This document shows, piece after piece, positions 31,873 through 39,988 of a stretch of DNA of 64,000 nt. Source of the stretch: a virus; the IMG/VR virus record IMGVR_UViG_2716884754_000002, positions 2,917-66,916 of that record. One strand, 5' to 3'. The notes under the pieces are model-generated. The model was not told where the DNA came from, did not search any database, and was given only the letters and a program-made list of their open reading frames with translations. A program made the translations under genes and the position numbers. Within the stretch, counting starts at the first letter, position 1. Every line of letters begins with the position of its first letter.

Positions 31873-33171
31873 ATGGGATTTATAAGTTCAGCAACAACAG
31901 TATCAATAACCGCTAAATTAACTTTAGCTGGTAGACAAAGACTATTAACACAAAGCAATCAAATATTAACACACTTTGTTTTAGGTGATTCAGATGCCAA
32001 TTATAGAACTAGTGGTTTGTTAAGTACAGGTACAGTTCCCGCTAATAGTGGTAACTTAGGTGAAAATGGTGGAGTGAATGATAATATAGATGTGGGTGTA
32101 GGTATTAAAAATAAATTATATTTAGATAATACACAAATTAATATAAAGCCAGTTGAGTCGGGTTCTAATGTAGTAAGTAACACTACGGTATCATTAGGGG
32201 AAACTGTAGTAAGTGGTACTAATTTAACTTATGCATTATTAAATAAAAATGATGGTACATCATCTTTCACTAATTATTTTGAAAGTTTAAGATTACCTAT
32301 ACTACCATCTAAGAAAAATTTGTTTACTGGTTCTACATCAGCCGATGGTGGTTGGGCAGATACTGCGTTTAGTGGTTTGGCTAGTGATAGAGTATTAATG
32401 TTATCGATAAACACTGATAGTTATGGTGAATTAATAGATGGTAAGAGTATAAAAGCAACTTTACCAATAGCAACAGGGTATACTTCAGGTGGAGATGTTA
32501 CTGGAATTACTACCTATGATTGTTATTCTACTTTTGTTAATAGTGGACAATTTAGTTTAGTACAACAAGATGGTAGATATAAAGATGGTTCTGTTTTTAC
32601 AGATGGGTTATTCGGTTCTAATTTCCCAGTTACTTATATGGTTTCTGATAATATACAACGACCAAATAATGATGTATTAAAAAGTTGGTCAACAGGATAT
32701 GATTCATTTAAACCGTTTAGTGTTAATAATAAATCTTTGATTAATACTAAAAATGTTACACCAACTAACATTAATGCAGATAAGGTAATAGGTGTTGCTT
32801 ATTTAGATAAAGGTTTGATTGCGTTTACGGATCCCGCAATTGTAGATAACATTGCTACTAATTTTTCAGGTGATACTGAAACCGGTATTGAGACAAATAG
32901 TTTTGGTTTCTATTATTATACTGGTGGTACATATAATACTACAGTAGATAGTATCCTAAATAATTTAGTACAAAATGTAGTATGTATTGCAGGAAGAGGA
33001 GAATTTTTTAGGTCTAATAACCCAACTATTGATATTAATGATAATGTGAGAATTAGTGAAGTGGCACTTACTGATGTTACTGGTGAAATATTAGCAATAG
33101 GGAAGGCAGATAGACAAATTATTAAAAAGAAGAATGACTTTGTAATATTTGATGTACAAGTTGTTATATAA
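31873..33171 (+). CDS. putative tail-collar protein, paralog of the upstream gene (track start 31852)
   Basis: N-terminal KLTLAGRQRLL...LGDS and C-terminal ISEVALTDVTGEILAIGKADRQI. Confidence 0.55.
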   Translation: MGFISSATTVSITAKLTLAGRQRLLTQSNQILTHFVLGDSDANYRTSGLLSTGTVPANSGNLGENGGVNDNIDVGVGIKNKLYLDNTQINIKPVESGSNVVSNTTVSLGETVVSGTNLTYALLNKNDGTSSFTNYFESLRLPILPSKKNLFTGSTSADGGWADTAFSGLASDRVLMLSINTDSYGELIDGKSIKATLPIATGYTSGGDVTGITTYDCYSTFVNSGQFSLVQQDGRYKDGSVFTDGLFGSNFPVTYMVSDNIQRPNNDVLKSWSTGYDSFKPFSVNNKSLINTKNVTPTNINADKVIGVAYLDKGLIAFTDPAIVDNIATNFSGDTETGIETNSFGFYYYTGGTYNTTVDSILNNLVQNVVCIAGRGEFFRSNNPTIDINDNVRISEVALTDVTGEILAIGKADRQIIKKKNDFVIFDVQVVI

Positions 33172-33173
33172 AT

Positions 33174-33190
33174 AAAACCTCATAGGTTTT
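33174..33190 (+). terminator. weak hairpin at the end of the tail module
   Basis: AAAACCT-CAT-AGGTTTT immediately after the stop codon. Confidence 0.35.
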
Positions 33191-33210
33191 AATAAAAAAA
33201 ATGTTTTATA

Positions 33211-33843
33211 ATGAGTAGAATACTAGGATTAGATGTGTCCACAAAAACTATAGGGATAGCATTATTTGAAGATCAAGGAGAAAAAGGAAAATTACAATTA
33301 TTAACCCACATAACCCCTAAAGTTAAACCCAAACCAACAAATAATATTGAGACTTTAATTAAAAAAGTGCAAATTTTTGAAAACGATTTTTTAGAAAAAT
33401 ATAGTGATATAGAAATTGATAGGGTGTTTATTGAAGAACCTTTATTACGTTCTAATAATGTAAATACTGTGGCAACCTTATTAAGGTTTAATGGTATGAT
33501 TTGTAGGTCAGTTTACGAAGTTTTAAATATTGTACCAGAATTTGTTTCTTCTTATGATGCTAGAAAGTTTGCGTTTCCAGAATTAATGCAAATCAGACTA
33601 TTTAAAAAATCGGGAGATAGATATAGCGAGAAAGAGATACAAAAGAAAAATCCTGTGTTATTTGGTGGGTTACCATACGACATAGATAAAAAAGTAGTAA
33701 TACATCAAAAAGTCAGCGAATTAGAACCTCAAGTTATATGGATGTACGATAAACACAACAAATTAACTAAGGAAAATTATGATATGACAGATGCGTATGC
33801 GTGTGTGTTGGGGGGTATGAGAAAGTGTGGTGATTGGTCATAA
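33211..33843 (+). CDS. RuvC-like Holliday junction resolvase
   Basis: ILGLDVSTKTIG, FIEEP and DMTDAYAC RNase H-fold catalytic motifs. Confidence 0.82.
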   Translation: MSRILGLDVSTKTIGIALFEDQGEKGKLQLLTHITPKVKPKPTNNIETLIKKVQIFENDFLEKYSDIEIDRVFIEEPLLRSNNVNTVATLLRFNGMICRSVYEVLNIVPEFVSSYDARKFAFPELMQIRLFKKSGDRYSEKEIQKKNPVLFGGLPYDIDKKVVIHQKVSELEPQVIWMYDKHNKLTKENYDMTDAYACVLGGMRKCGDWS

Positions 33844-33875
33844 TTTGGTTAATTAAAATAAATTCACTATATTTG
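33844..33875 (+). promoter_or_regulatory. Bacteroidota-type -33/-7 promoter
   Basis: TTTG-N20-TATATTTG upstream of the primase gene. Confidence 0.6.
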
Positions 33876-33880
33876 TGGAA

Positions 33881-34828
33881 ATGTCACAACTTATAGTAGA
33901 AATATTAGAGGATGTATTAGGTAACTCCAAAAAACATTACGAAAACAAAAGTCAAATATCTTTTGATTGTCCTGTGTGTTCATCCATTAAAGGATTAGAT
34001 TGTGGGGACGGGAAAGGTAATTTAGAAGTTAATTATAATCATCATGTTTATAAATGTTGGGCATGTTCGGAAACTCATGGTACACATGGTACAATAAATA
34101 AATTAATCCGAAAGTATGGTAATAAAACCCATTTAAAACAATATCAATTAGTTATACCTGATAATAAAAGAATTATTGGTGAAAAAGAAAAAGTGGTAAT
34201 AAATGGATTACCCAAAGATTTTACTTCATTAACTATAGATAGGGATGATAATGGTTACCGACAAGCCATACAGTATCTTAAAAAGAGAAACATTGGTTTA
34301 GACTTAATTAAAAAGTATAATTTAGGTTATGCAAATACTGGCGACTATAGAGGTAGAATAATATTCCCTTCATATGATTCTGATGGTAATATAAACTATT
34401 TTTTAGGTAGGAGTTATGAAAAGTATAGTAAATTAAAATATAAGAATCCAGAAGTATCCAAAATGGGTATTATATTTAATGAAGGCAAGATAAATTGGGA
34501 TTCAAACATATATTTAGTAGAAGGTGTGTTCGATCATATAACATTACCCAATAGTATTCCTATGTTAGGTAAAGTACTAAATGATTTATTGTTTAAAAAG
34601 TTAATTGATTGTGCATCTGCAAAAGTTATCATTGTTTTAGATAATGACGCAGAAAAAGATGCAATTAATTTATACAGAAGACTTAATAGTACTAAATTAA
34701 ATGGGAGAGTATTAATGGTATATATGCCAAAAAGATTCGATTTATCAGATGTACACCAAAGATTGGGTAGTAAGGGTGTAATTAAATTAATTACTACTGC
34801 AAAACGTATAAAAGAAAGTTTATTATGA
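33881..34828 (+). CDS. dnaG: DNA primase (zinc finger + TOPRIM); track start GTG 33875
   Basis: CPVC...CWAC zinc finger, RIIFP, YKNP, LVEGVFD and LDNDAE motifs. Confidence 0.85.
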   Translation: MSQLIVEILEDVLGNSKKHYENKSQISFDCPVCSSIKGLDCGDGKGNLEVNYNHHVYKCWACSETHGTHGTINKLIRKYGNKTHLKQYQLVIPDNKRIIGEKEKVVINGLPKDFTSLTIDRDDNGYRQAIQYLKKRNIGLDLIKKYNLGYANTGDYRGRIIFPSYDSDGNINYFLGRSYEKYSKLKYKNPEVSKMGIIFNEGKINWDSNIYLVEGVFDHITLPNSIPMLGKVLNDLLFKKLIDCASAKVIIVLDNDAEKDAINLYRRLNSTKLNGRVLMVYMPKRFDLSDVHQRLGSKGVIKLITTAKRIKESLL

Positions 34829-35211
34829 AATTATTTTTAGATGATGTAAGAGTACCCTACGATGTTTTTAGATTAACAGTTAATCCACTATATGAAAATA
34901 ATGAGGATTGGGTTATTGTTAGAGATTACTACCAATTTATTAATGTGATTACTAAATTCGGTGTACCAGAATATATTTCTTTCGATCACGATCTTTCGTA
35001 TGATGCATATTTAAGTGAAAACCAAAAAGGAGATATAAAATATGATAGTCTTAAAGAAAAAACTGGTTATGATGCATGTAAATGGTTATGTGAATATTGT
35101 GAGGATAATAATATAGATATCCCTAATTATTATGTCCACTCTGCTAACCCAGTTGGTGCGAAGAATATTGACAGATATTTAAAAAATTTTAAAAAATATT
35201 TGGCAGTTTAA
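34825..35211 (+). CDS. cyclic-phosphate-processing receiver-like domain protein (cREC)
   Basis: LFLDDVRVP, ISFDHDL, KTGYDACKWL and VHSANPVG motifs. Confidence 0.75.
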   Translation: MKLFLDDVRVPYDVFRLTVNPLYENNEDWVIVRDYYQFINVITKFGVPEYISFDHDLSYDAYLSENQKGDIKYDSLKEKTGYDACKWLCEYCEDNNIDIPNYYVHSANPVGAKNIDRYLKNFKKYLAV

Positions 35212-35230
35212 AATATTTTTTGTAATTTAG
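35199..35230 (+). promoter_or_regulatory. degenerate Bacteroidota-type promoter
   Basis: TTTG-N20-TAATTTAG upstream of 35252. Confidence 0.35.
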
Positions 35231-35251
35231 TGTTAACAAAATCAAACAACT

Positions 35252-35773
35252 ATGAATAATTTAAATGCAATCCGAAAAAACGAAACTTCAACAAGTAACT
35301 ACCCAGAGATAGACAATAAGTTCTATTATGGTAAAGTATCTCAGTATGATAACACTGGTAAATACTTTGAGTTTAGTGTTACTAATCACTTAGACGAAAA
35401 CAAGAAGTATAAATTTCGTTACACCGCAAAATGTAAAGCAGGTTTCCTTAATATTAGTGAAACTCGTTACGATCAGACACCAAAACAGTTTATTGAACAA
35501 ACTTATGGATTTTTAGAGAACGTACAAGTATGGAGTGAATCTGAAAACCCAACAGAAGATCATAAGGGTATTTGGTTAAATGTATTATGTACTAAAGGGA
35601 AAAAATTCTATTCTATCGATAAGAGTTTCCTTTTGAATCTGACTGTAAGTAATATGCACAACGCTTGGAAGAAGATGGTAGATTACGATCTATGGAAGAG
35701 AATGGGTACTAAGACTCACGCAGATTATCCTTACAAAATGAATAATGTCGCTACCGAAGAGGTGGCGGCATAA
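35252..35773 (+). CDS. hypothetical protein
   Basis: 173-aa ORF with noticeably more C-ending codons than its neighbours. Confidence 0.7.
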   Translation: MNNLNAIRKNETSTSNYPEIDNKFYYGKVSQYDNTGKYFEFSVTNHLDENKKYKFRYTAKCKAGFLNISETRYDQTPKQFIEQTYGFLENVQVWSESENPTEDHKGIWLNVLCTKGKKFYSIDKSFLLNLTVSNMHNAWKKMVDYDLWKRMGTKTHADYPYKMNNVATEEVAA

Positions 35774-35792
35774 ACCTTAAAAAAAAACAATT

Positions 35793-36077
35793 ATGAAATA
35801 TTTTAACAGACATCAATGTATGAAAAGAGAAACTTTAAGTAGTATCTCCAAAGTTATAACTGATTTATTTGGAATAGATGGTATTAGTCCTTTTGGTGGT
35901 ATCTCTAATATGTTATATGGGTTATATGACGGATTTGACTATTCTGACAAAATTCGTTCACACGAAGAAATGGAAATCATTAAAGAACAAAGAATGGATT
36001 TGTATGAAAAGATTTTAAATATCTGTAAGGATATTGATACATATCCTAAACACGATTATGACGTAACAGTTCACTAA
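35793..36077 (+). CDS. hypothetical protein
   Basis: 94-aa ORF with an A-rich start context. Confidence 0.6.
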   Translation: MKYFNRHQCMKRETLSSISKVITDLFGIDGISPFGGISNMLYGLYDGFDYSDKIRSHEEMEIIKEQRMDLYEKILNICKDIDTYPKHDYDVTVH

Positions 36078-36091
36078 ATAATAACAATAAT

Positions 36092-36580
36092 ATGGAATTG
36101 AGAATTGAGGATTTGTATAGGGATTATTGGAAAAAAATGTTAGTACAGGTTTGTCTTCGGTATACAAAAAATATAGAACAAGCAGAGGATTGGTGTCAAA
36201 ACGGTTTTATAAAAATTAATAATAATTTAGATAAATATAAAAATACTGGTTCTTTAGAAGGGTGGGTTAGAAGAATAATTAGAAATACAGTGATGGATGA
36301 TTTAAGGAAAAAGAAATTAGAAGTTACTTACGAAGGTTATGATGATGTGGCAGAAGAAATAATAGAGGAAGAAGATAAGTATACATTTTTACACGTAATG
36401 AAAGTTAAAGATGACTTATCCCCCAACTATAAAAAAGTTTTTGATTTACATGTATTAGAACAATTAAAACATAAAGAAATTGCGGAAATATTAAATATTA
36501 GTGAAGGTACATCTAAATCTAATTTCCACAAAGCTAAAAAATCAATTAAAAGAATGTTGTTAACTAGAAAAAATTTGTAA
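36092..36580 (+). CDS. ECF-family RNA polymerase sigma factor
   Basis: Region 2 (VCLRYTKNIEQAEDWCQNGFIKI...SLEGWVRRIIRNT) and region 4 (KHKEIAEILNISEGTSKSNFHKAK). Confidence 0.9.
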   Translation: MELRIEDLYRDYWKKMLVQVCLRYTKNIEQAEDWCQNGFIKINNNLDKYKNTGSLEGWVRRIIRNTVMDDLRKKKLEVTYEGYDDVAEEIIEEEDKYTFLHVMKVKDDLSPNYKKVFDLHVLEQLKHKEIAEILNISEGTSKSNFHKAKKSIKRMLLTRKNL

Positions 36581-36581
36581 T

Positions 36582-36917
36582 ATGAAAAATTTTATTTTAA
36601 TAGTATTTATTTTATTATCTCTTACTCTCTATAGTCAAGAAATTGATTTACATTTAAGTGATAAACAAATACCTAATTATGGGTTAGCGATGACAGGAAC
36701 CGGTATGACGTTGTGTGTTATTGGTACTTCTATGAGTCAAAGTCCACAACCAACATATAGTGGGAGGTATGGTATTAATTATGTGAGATATGAATCACAA
36801 AATAATAGATCATTAAGGTTATCGACAATGGCAATAGGTACAGTAGTAACTATTGTAGGTATATTATTGCAAAATAGAAATAAAAGAAAAAACAATGACA
36901 GAGGAAGAAATATATAA
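36582..36917 (+). CDS. small membrane/exported protein
   Basis: Signal-peptide-like N-terminus plus two hydrophobic segments. Confidence 0.6.
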   Translation: MKNFILIVFILLSLTLYSQEIDLHLSDKQIPNYGLAMTGTGMTLCVIGTSMSQSPQPTYSGRYGINYVRYESQNNRSLRLSTMAIGTVVTIVGILLQNRNKRKNNDRGRNI

Positions 36918-37059
36918 AAAATGGAAAAAAATACTTAGAGGTATTTCTATAGAAGATGCGATCAGATGTGAAGGATTTAATGAAGATTTTAAAGACGGTA
37001 TATTGTCTGCTAAAGAATTAGAAGAAGAAATCTATCAAATATCACTAAAATACTCTTAA
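36895..37059 (+). CDS. small hypothetical protein (54 aa, not in track)
   Basis: Manual translation MTEEEIYKKWKKILRG...QISLKYS*; fills the gap after 36917. Confidence 0.5.
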   Translation: MTEEEIYKKWKKILRGISIEDAIRCEGFNEDFKDGILSAKELEEEIYQISLKYS

Positions 37060-37062
37060 AAG

Positions 37063-37094
37063 TTTGTTTTTAAAAAAAAATATTTTTATATTTG
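37063..37094 (+). promoter_or_regulatory. Bacteroidota-type -33/-7 promoter
   Basis: TTTG-N20-TATATTTG upstream of ORF 37099 and the tRNA pair. Confidence 0.7.
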
Positions 37095-37098
37095 AAAT

Positions 37099-37263
37099 AT
37101 GATTAACCTAAATAATATAGAAAAATTTAAATTACTGTATAACGACGCAGTAAATAAAGGTGACGAAATGTTTGTGTTTGAAGGTAGGGATGTTCTTACT
37201 TCATACGCTAAATATGTTATTGAATATTTTAATAGTATAGTAAATGCTCGGGTGGTGGAATAG
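37099..37263 (+). CDS. small hypothetical protein (54 aa, not in track) overlapping the tRNA-Leu 5' end
   Basis: Manual translation MINLNNIEKFKLLY...DVLTSYAKYVIEYFNSIVNARVVE*; its TAG lies inside the tRNA D arm. Confidence 0.55.
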   Translation: MINLNNIEKFKLLYNDAVNKGDEMFVFEGRDVLTSYAKYVIEYFNSIVNARVVE

Positions 37264-37329
37264 GTAGACACGCAAGACTTAAAATCTTGTTCCCATTTGG
37301 GAGTGCGGGTTCGATTCCCGCCCCGAGTA
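37246..37329 (+). tRNA. trnL: tRNA-Leu (anticodon UAA)
   Basis: GCTCGGG/CCCGAGT acceptor stem, CAAGA-CTTAAAA-TCTTG anticodon arm, long variable arm, GGTTCGATTCC T arm; no encoded CCA. Confidence 0.95.
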
Positions 37330-37335
37330 CATATT

Positions 37336-37409
37336 GGACCGGTAGCTCAGCTGGATAGAGCATCTGCCTTCTAAGCAGACGGTCGAAGGTTCGAATCCTT
37401 CCCGGTTCA
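37336..37409 (+). tRNA. trnR: tRNA-Arg (anticodon UCU)
   Basis: GGACCGG/CCGGTTC acceptor stem, TCTGC-CTTCTAA-GCAGA anticodon arm, GGTTCGAATCC T arm. Confidence 0.95.
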
Positions 37410-37471
37410 CTTTTCTTTACTTTAAAATTACAATTAACTTATAATTTATACTAAAGTCATTATACTTATTA

Positions 37472-37726
37472 ATGGTTATGAATGAAATCTATCATGTATT
37501 ACACAATAAAGAAAAAGATTTATGGTATATAGTACCCATTAAACAAGGATTTATGTCCACCATCAATGATCTAATGTATGAAAAAAAAGAAGTTATATTT
37601 ATTGGGGATGGTAGAAGTAAAAGAGAACAAGTTGAAGATTTAGTAGAATTGGTGTGTATGGATGATGGATATGGAAAATATTACATTCACATCATTTCAA
37701 AATTAATTTTTTCTTACGAAGACTGA
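37472..37726 (+). CDS. hypothetical protein
   Basis: 84-aa ORF whose 3' end overlaps the convergent minus-strand gene by 13 nt. Confidence 0.55.
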   Translation: MVMNEIYHVLHNKEKDLWYIVPIKQGFMSTINDLMYEKKEVIFIGDGRSKREQVEDLVELVCMDDGYGKYYIHIISKLIFSYED

Positions 37727-39000
37727 GTTTCTTTTTTAATAAAATCCGGATTAGGTGCTACAAATGCTCTCAGTTTAACTTTGTCCCAATCCTTTAATTC
37801 AGTAGGGGATTCTTCATCCCATAATTCATCATCATAATCCTCCGTAGGTTTATCACCCATTTTTAAAATAGACATTGTTCTATGCCACCCTTCTATTAAT
37901 TGATAAGTTCCATCAGGATTTTGTAGGATAATAACTGGTTCGTTCATTCCATCGTCTCTCCTCATACTCATTTGTGTATCCATTCGTTCTTCATCGTTTG
38001 GTACGTTATATGCATTTATATTACCGAAGTCTCTTTGTTCAAACGCTCTTACTGTACGTTTATCAAAATCCATTGGGTTTACATTTAAAACTTGCAACTT
38101 CCACGGACCTTTTAAATAGTTATACCACCACCCATTTCCATCACCTTTAATATAAGGTATTGGATCACCATTATAAGTGTTTAAAATATCTTTCATCGCT
38201 GGACGATGACCTGGTGCTCTCATTAATATGATGTTTCTATAATAATCTTGTAAAACATATTCTGGTGTGTCAGGAAATTCTCTCCTCATTTTTTCATATA
38301 TTCTTTTGTGGGGATTATTATCTTTATATATTGGAATACTAGTTACCTCTTCTTCTAACTCCACACCCATTTCATATTTGTTTTTGTTTGGGTTTGCATC
38401 ACTAACATTCCAATACTTTAAATCCTCTTCTATTTTAGATAATTGACTTTCAGTAATAATAATTTTTCTTTTAGTAATACTTTCATTTAAATTTCGTATT
38501 ACATTCACATCCATATCAAAAACATCGTCATAATCACCTTGTTCTATGAAATCATCTAAGTGAGTTGTTAATTCTGGATTTACCATATTACCATAATCAA
38601 TTTCCCAATCTAGTGCATCACCTGCATCATCCGAATCAGATGCCACCACACTATTTGTCGCTTCTCTCCAAGAGTTAACATTTTGGTACATTTTAACTTC
38701 ATACTCTTTCATTTGGGGTACAACTACTTCATCAATAGATGAAAAGTTACCATCAATAGTATTGTGTAAGTTGTTTTTATATAAAGAATAAAAATACATC
38801 AGTATATCCTTATCTAATGCTAAGTTACCTATTATATCATTATCCATTAAAAGGTACATATCAGTTCTATCACCACTCTGACTATTACGATTTTTTATTT
38901 TACCACCTAAAGTTCTATATATTTCTCTTAATACCGCAACCTCAAATTTATTGAACGGTTGGGTATCGGTAGTATTTCTTATAATATCTTTTAGTTCCAT
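37714..39000 (-). CDS. two-domain protein with C-terminal ParB/Srx-like domain (track start 39048)
   Basis: EPVIILQNPDGTYQLIEGWHRT motif; internal linker NLNESITKRKIIITESQLSKIEE; start MELKDIIR at 39000. Confidence 0.7.
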   Translation of the reverse strand: MELKDIIRNTTDTQPFNKFEVAVLREIYRTLGGKIKNRNSQSGDRTDMYLLMDNDIIGNLALDKDILMYFYSLYKNNLHNTIDGNFSSIDEVVVPQMKEYEVKMYQNVNSWREATNSVVASDSDDAGDALDWEIDYGNMVNPELTTHLDDFIEQGDYDDVFDMDVNVIRNLNESITKRKIIITESQLSKIEEDLKYWNVSDANPNKNKYEMGVELEEEVTSIPIYKDNNPHKRIYEKMRREFPDTPEYVLQDYYRNIILMRAPGHRPAMKDILNTYNGDPIPYIKGDGNGWWYNYLKGPWKLQVLNVNPMDFDKRTVRAFEQRDFGNINAYNVPNDEERMDTQMSMRRDDGMNEPVIILQNPDGTYQLIEGWHRTMSILKMGDKPTEDYDDELWDEESPTELKDWDKVKLRAFVAPNPDFIKKETQSS

Positions 39001-39031
39001 TTGTTTTTTTAAAAAAAAATGCTTATCTTTG
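39000..39031 (+). promoter_or_regulatory. Bacteroidota-type -33/-7 promoter
   Basis: TTTG-N20-TATCTTTG upstream of the nuclease gene. Confidence 0.65.
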
Positions 39032-39036
39032 TAATA

Positions 39037-39044
39037 ATAAATAT
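39037..39044 (-). promoter_or_regulatory. ATATTTAT motif on the minus strand
   Basis: Plus-strand ATAAATAT, 36 nt upstream of the minus-strand ATG at 39000. Confidence 0.5.
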
Positions 39045-39948
39045 GCATAAAATGGAGATTATTAAAGAATTATCCGTATTCAACAATATAAAATATTATG
39101 ATGAACCTCATACGTACTATATTGATGGAGAGAAAACAATATCCTGTACTGGTTTCATTCATAAGTTTGAAGAAGACTTTGAATCTAATGTAGATAAACC
39201 AGATAAGTGGGCGGAAAAACAAGGACATTTTTATAAGGCGAAAAGTATGGCAGATAAGTTTGCACATAAACAGAATTTTTATCCAATGGAAGATGACCCA
39301 TATGAGAGACCAGATTATTCAAATCCTAAACCACCGGAAGAATGTACCAGTGAAGAAGACATCAAAAAACTATGGAAATATAAAAACAATCATGCTACTT
39401 TTGAGGGTACAACTCTTCACGACTATATTGAGAATTATTTAAATAATAAAATAATGCCTTATCCCACTAAAAGTCCTGAAGGTTTAGACTTTAGTGAGAT
39501 AGAAGAAACATATAAAATTATGGAAGGTTATTTTCATAATTTCTATAATGATACAGTAGCTAAAGGTAAGTTAGTACCAATTAAATCAGAGTTAGTGGTT
39601 GGTGATAAAGACTATATGTTATGTGGGATGGTAGATCAGTTATTTTGGAATGAGAGGTATGGTACTTTAGAAATATGGGATTGGAAAACCAATACTCGCT
39701 TAAATATGAAAGATGATTATGGAAATAAAATGAAAGATTGTTTATGGATGTTAGATAAGTGTGAATTTAACACATATTCATTACAACTTAATATCTATAA
39801 AAAAATTATAGAAAAAAATACTAATTTAAAAGTTGGTAGATGTAACTTAGTTTGGTTTAATGAAAACAACCCAAATTATAAAGTCATTAAATGTGCGGAT
39901 TACAGTGAACACGTGGATAATATGTTATCTACTTTGATTCCTGCCTAA
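39043..39948 (+). CDS. PD-(D/E)XK exonuclease (RecB/YqaJ-like); track start 39019
   Basis: EGTTLHDYIE, SELVV, CGMVDQL, IWDWKT and YSLQLNIY motifs. Confidence 0.85.
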   Translation: MHKMEIIKELSVFNNIKYYDEPHTYYIDGEKTISCTGFIHKFEEDFESNVDKPDKWAEKQGHFYKAKSMADKFAHKQNFYPMEDDPYERPDYSNPKPPEECTSEEDIKKLWKYKNNHATFEGTTLHDYIENYLNNKIMPYPTKSPEGLDFSEIEETYKIMEGYFHNFYNDTVAKGKLVPIKSELVVGDKDYMLCGMVDQLFWNERYGTLEIWDWKTNTRLNMKDDYGNKMKDCLWMLDKCEFNTYSLQLNIYKKIIEKNTNLKVGRCNLVWFNENNPNYKVIKCADYSEHVDNMLSTLIPA

Positions 39949-39953
39949 TCGCG

Positions 39954-39984
39954 TTGTCTTTTTAATAAAAAATCCTTATATTTA
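39954..39984 (+). promoter_or_regulatory. degenerate Bacteroidota-type promoter
   Basis: TTG-N20-TATATTTA upstream of sbcD. Confidence 0.4.
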
Positions 39985-39988
39985 AGAT

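Noticed and set aside
8385-33171. Diversity-generating retroelement target among the tail genes
   Set aside because: No reverse transcriptase and no near-identical template/variable repeat pair noticed by eye; a self dot-plot would be needed to exclude it fully.
36582-36917. Anti-sigma factor for the adjacent ECF sigma
   Set aside because: It starts with a signal-peptide-like segment and has no N-terminal cytoplasmic anti-sigma domain.
37246-37409. tRNA as a prophage attachment site
   Set aside because: No integrase, no duplicated tRNA 3' end and no host-like flanking genes in the window.
39043-39948. Cas4-like call for the PD-(D/E)XK nuclease
   Set aside because: It lacks the clustered C-terminal Cys of the Cas4 Fe-S site, and its SbcCD context fits recombination.
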